DNA of 64,000 nt from Haliotis rubra (Eukaryota): assembly GCF_003918875.1 (NCBI RefSeq), contig NW_025765603.1, forward strand, positions 682,001 to 746,000, in the 5' to 3' direction. How positions within the stretch are numbered: the first letter of the stretch is position 1; the number at the start of each line of letters is the position of its first letter. Positions 60,583-64,000 of this stretch are shown in pieces. Both the position numbers and the translations under genes were made by a program. The notes under the pieces are model-generated. The model did not search any database. It saw only the letters and a program-made list of their open reading frames with translations, and was not told the origin of the DNA.

Positions 60583-61020
60583 ATGTTGGTTCAGAAATTT
60601 CAACGCCAAAAAGCTGGGATGTGGAGGAAATACTTACTTCCTGTGACCTTGACCCTGTGGGTCATTAGTGACGTCATCTCAGGGACGACCTCGAACTCGG
60701 GACCAAGAAGGGACGGACTGACGCAACTTGAATATTGGAGAGGTATGTTTACTGAAGATGGGAGCCATTCAGAATATCAGTGGGGACGAGTTACATTTGC
60801 TTACATTAAACCTTGTTTTTTGTGTTGTGAATTCTGTAAATTGTAATTGTGATAGTCTGGTGGGTTAAACATACATGAAACGAATTTTGTAAGTCTAACA
60901 TTAGTGGTCAAAACATTTTCTCGTCACTCCGAAGACTCGGGTTAGGTTCCCCAAATGTCGTAAAACTAATTTCACTCCCTTAATTCATTTCAGACTTCAA
61001 AATTGGACCTGATGAAACAG
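60583..61020 (+). CDS. 5' part of a secreted-protein (possibly neuropeptide precursor) gene: signal-peptide exon ending 60742 plus 27-nt micro-exon 60994-61020; continues beyond the window
   Basis: (MLVQKFQRQKAG)MWRKYLLPVTLTLWVISDVISG-TTSNSGPRRDGLTQLEYWR G|GTATGT; then tttcag|ACTTCAAAATTGGACCTGATGAAACAG|GTAATT in phase (DFKIGPDET). Start is 60583 or 60619. Confidence 0.62.
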
Positions 61021-61099
61021 GTAATTCCTTTTGTTTTGTTTGCTGATAGACAAGGGATTTATTCTCTTTAAGTCATTGAAGTTTCGGGCGGTATGGGGT

Positions 61100-63400
61100 C
61101 CCCACTCTCAATCAATCAATCACGTTTATTAAAAAAAACCACACTCACCGTGGTACATGGATGTAGACATTTTTGCGAATATGATGTGGCTGTACACATT
61201 CACAATGTCGTGTGACAGTAAATAACGTTTACCAGACAAAGGTTGATAGGTATGCATTTGATAATTTTTGATAGTTTACGGATATATGACATGCGGCGGT
61301 GTGACAGTTGCCCAAGTAGCAATTCAAGCTTATGAAAGTTGGGATTTACATAACTTTCTGAAAAATATTGGAATTCAAATAAGTAATGGAATTCATCACC
61401 AATATGTGGTGTATAACACAATTCACATAATCTGTTTTCAAAAGGGATATTTGACCATCGGCCTATAAATGATGATTACCGGTACGGAATTTAATGAGAG
61501 GATGGGACAGTTTTGATGAAAGAAATAACTTTAAAGTATTCCTCTAAAACAAAGGTTTTATACAGCAGTATAGGTAACCTTTAAGTGAAGTAGACAGATC
61601 AGCCTGCCATTTCTGTATGAACTGATCACCTAAAATATGCATAGTTGTCAACAATATCAAGCTCCTTGTCATCTAAACATGTTTAGTCTTTTTTGCTGGT
61701 CCTGATAAAAAATAATGACCTTCGTCTTGAAATATTTACATTCAATTTCCATTGCTTGCAATAATTATGAAAAACATTTATACAATGCTTTAAATTTTCA
61801 GGACTGTCGGACAGCAAAACTGTATCATCAGCATACTACAGCAATAATATCTTAATAATACCAATAGTTGTTTCATTGAGAATAAGACATGTGTGTTTCG
61901 ACATCATTTAAAAATAAAGAAAATAAAAGTGGTGAAAGATTTTCGACAACCCCCTTTTCACAGCGAAAATAACCGGAAATATTATTGTTGTATTTGATAT
62001 TATCGTACATATAAAATATTTTCCTGAAAAACCTTCCGTTGATACATTAGGATAGAAGTTTTTGCCACAAACCTATTCTCCAAATGTTTTTAAATGTCTT
62101 TTGAAAATCGATAAAAACACAATATAATTTTGTTTTAACCGATCTAAGCATATTCACCAGGTTGCTTAAGACACAAATATGATCCACAGTCGAATAACCT
62201 TTTCTGATCCCAGCCTGTATTTCAGAGAGAATGCTATTTCCCTCAACATACTTATTAAGTCTTGCATTAAGGACAGGTAAACAACTTTCCACCTTTCTTT
62301 TAGTAAATAGGCTTAATAATTCCGGTTAACCAGGGTTCTGGGATATATCTACTTTCTAAGACCAGGTTAAATAATTCAAATTAAAATGGAAGGAAGATGT
62401 CCTTTGTGGAAATAATATGTTCGTTTTCTATTTTGTCAACATCTACAGCTTTCTTATTCTTCAGATTATTAATAGACAAGAGTATTTCGTCTGTAGAAAT
62501 GTCTGGCTAGCACTATAAAACCAGCTTCAGTCTGGGCTAGTACAAGCAGCCGCACATACACATATACACGCATGCACGTCGTCATATGAGCGAAAAATTC
62601 TCAAGCACGACGTTAAACCCAATTTCACCTCATCTCACCTGTAGAAATGTCTCTATCAAGTTCTTCGTTTGATTCTGCAAGATCGTCAATTTTCAATTGA
62701 TATCTTGTCATCGTCAATATTTAGTGACCGAAAATAGTAATAAAGTTTTTCTAAAGAAATGTTTTCGTCTTTAGAAGGTTGAGATTTTAAATAATTCCAA
62801 AAAGCAGTCGGTTCGTTTTTAGCCATAAGTCCCACTCTGCTCGATCGCTGATTCCTTGCGCAAGTCCAGTGAACTTGATTGTGTTATTTCACCTTATGTT
62901 ACCGTATATACTCCTATGTAAGTTCTAAAGAAAGAGTTCGGAAGAAAGAAAGTTTTTGAGCGTTTGGAGAAAGCTTTCGACAAAGTATGTAGAGCATAAC
63001 CTTTTGTAATGTAAGGAGTAAACGGGAGATGTTTACGGATAAATTTTGTTTATGTACCAAGATACAAACGTACGGATTATTTTTTATATGTACCAAGATA
63101 CAAACTCAGGTGTTCGCTGTAACTCAGATATGTCGGAAGTATTTCAGTGTAGAATGAACTTAAAGCAGACGGAAAATTGTCTCAAAGTTTATTCAGTCTC
63201 TTTTTAAATCTGGAGATTTTCTTATGTTGAAAAATTGAACGTACGTTTGTTTTAGCGTTGTATTACTCAGATTATTACCAGATAGCCAGCAGTCGTAGTG
63301 ACGCGGGTGTGTTATGTGAAAATTGTTATACATGGGAACTTAGAATAAATCTGTCTCAGAGAAAGGTTTATTGCATTTTGCAACACAAAGGTATACGAAA
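61100..63400 (-). mobile_element. Degenerate LINE ORF2 fragment (RT)
   Basis: QAGIRKGYSTVDHI...YCVFIDFQKTF, YADDTV and C-terminal IGDEFHYLF; many stops; (ATTG)n tail near 61107-61121. Confidence 0.8.
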
Positions 63401-64000
63401 AATGGATTAGATTTTAATGACAAATACCCTAAAGAATATAGTCTTTTAAAATATTTTAATAAGCTCAATGAGTTGATTTACTCATGTCTCACGTGACTAA
63501 ACATTTGTTGTTTAAATATGACGTAAAGACAATAATTGAAATCTGTTTTACACAAAAATGGCATTGCGTAATTTTGGATTCACAAAAAAGGATAAAACTT
63601 CCAAAATATTTGAAACGGAAACTGCTGTTGAACCGTACAGAGCTCCTGTAACAATTGTATTTGGCACCGCTCAGCACTGTCCCTAAAAACCCATCTGAAT
63701 AAAAAGAACAAGCAGTCTTTGTCAGCGTAAATGTTTTTGTAATGAATTCTCACGTAATTTGTGCAAGAGCTAAGAATAACAGTATTTACTGTGTTAAGTT
63801 ATTCGTATGATTTTGTCCGTGTGTTATTGCGGATTCTGTGCATTTCACGGGTTAACACGAAAACGAAATATGTTATATCATTTATCATTCATCTATCCAT
63901 TTGTTAACATGGGCAATGTTTTATTTGGGTAAGACAAAGGATGAGAAGGAGAAAGCAAGACAGGAGTGAGAGAGAAGGAGAGACATGGATGAGAGAGAGA

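Overview
This is eukaryotic (animal) genomic DNA, not prokaryotic. It is repeat-dense, has GT-AG introns and one N gap (16769-16901), and carries three SINE families including a V-domain (RUDI-like) SINE typical of molluscs, so the source is probably a gastropod such as abalone (inference). Reading splice sites by hand gives four intron-containing genes that the ORF track mostly misses. (1) A 10-exon minus-strand DEG/ENaC (ASIC-like) channel at 5561-18444, ~927 aa, with a ~475-aa helical insertion in place of the knuckle domain, QG instead of the conserved HG motif, and a 1-nt frameshift in exon 5 that may be an assembly error. (2) A 4-exon minus-strand gene at 25997-37839 for a 159-aa secreted protein with three tandem beta-defensin-like six-cysteine domains, one per exon, split by a 6.8-kb satellite. 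(3) A 2-exon plus-strand pedal peptide/orcokinin-like (FDSIG) neuropeptide precursor at 50182-55090, 116 aa. (4) The 5' part of another secreted-protein gene from ~60583, running off the window. The rest is SINEs, degenerate LINE pieces, an intact solo LINE-ORF1-like ORF, a Tc1 remnant, a Kolobok-like element, MITEs and tandem repeats. All exon calls are manual and not checked against transcripts.
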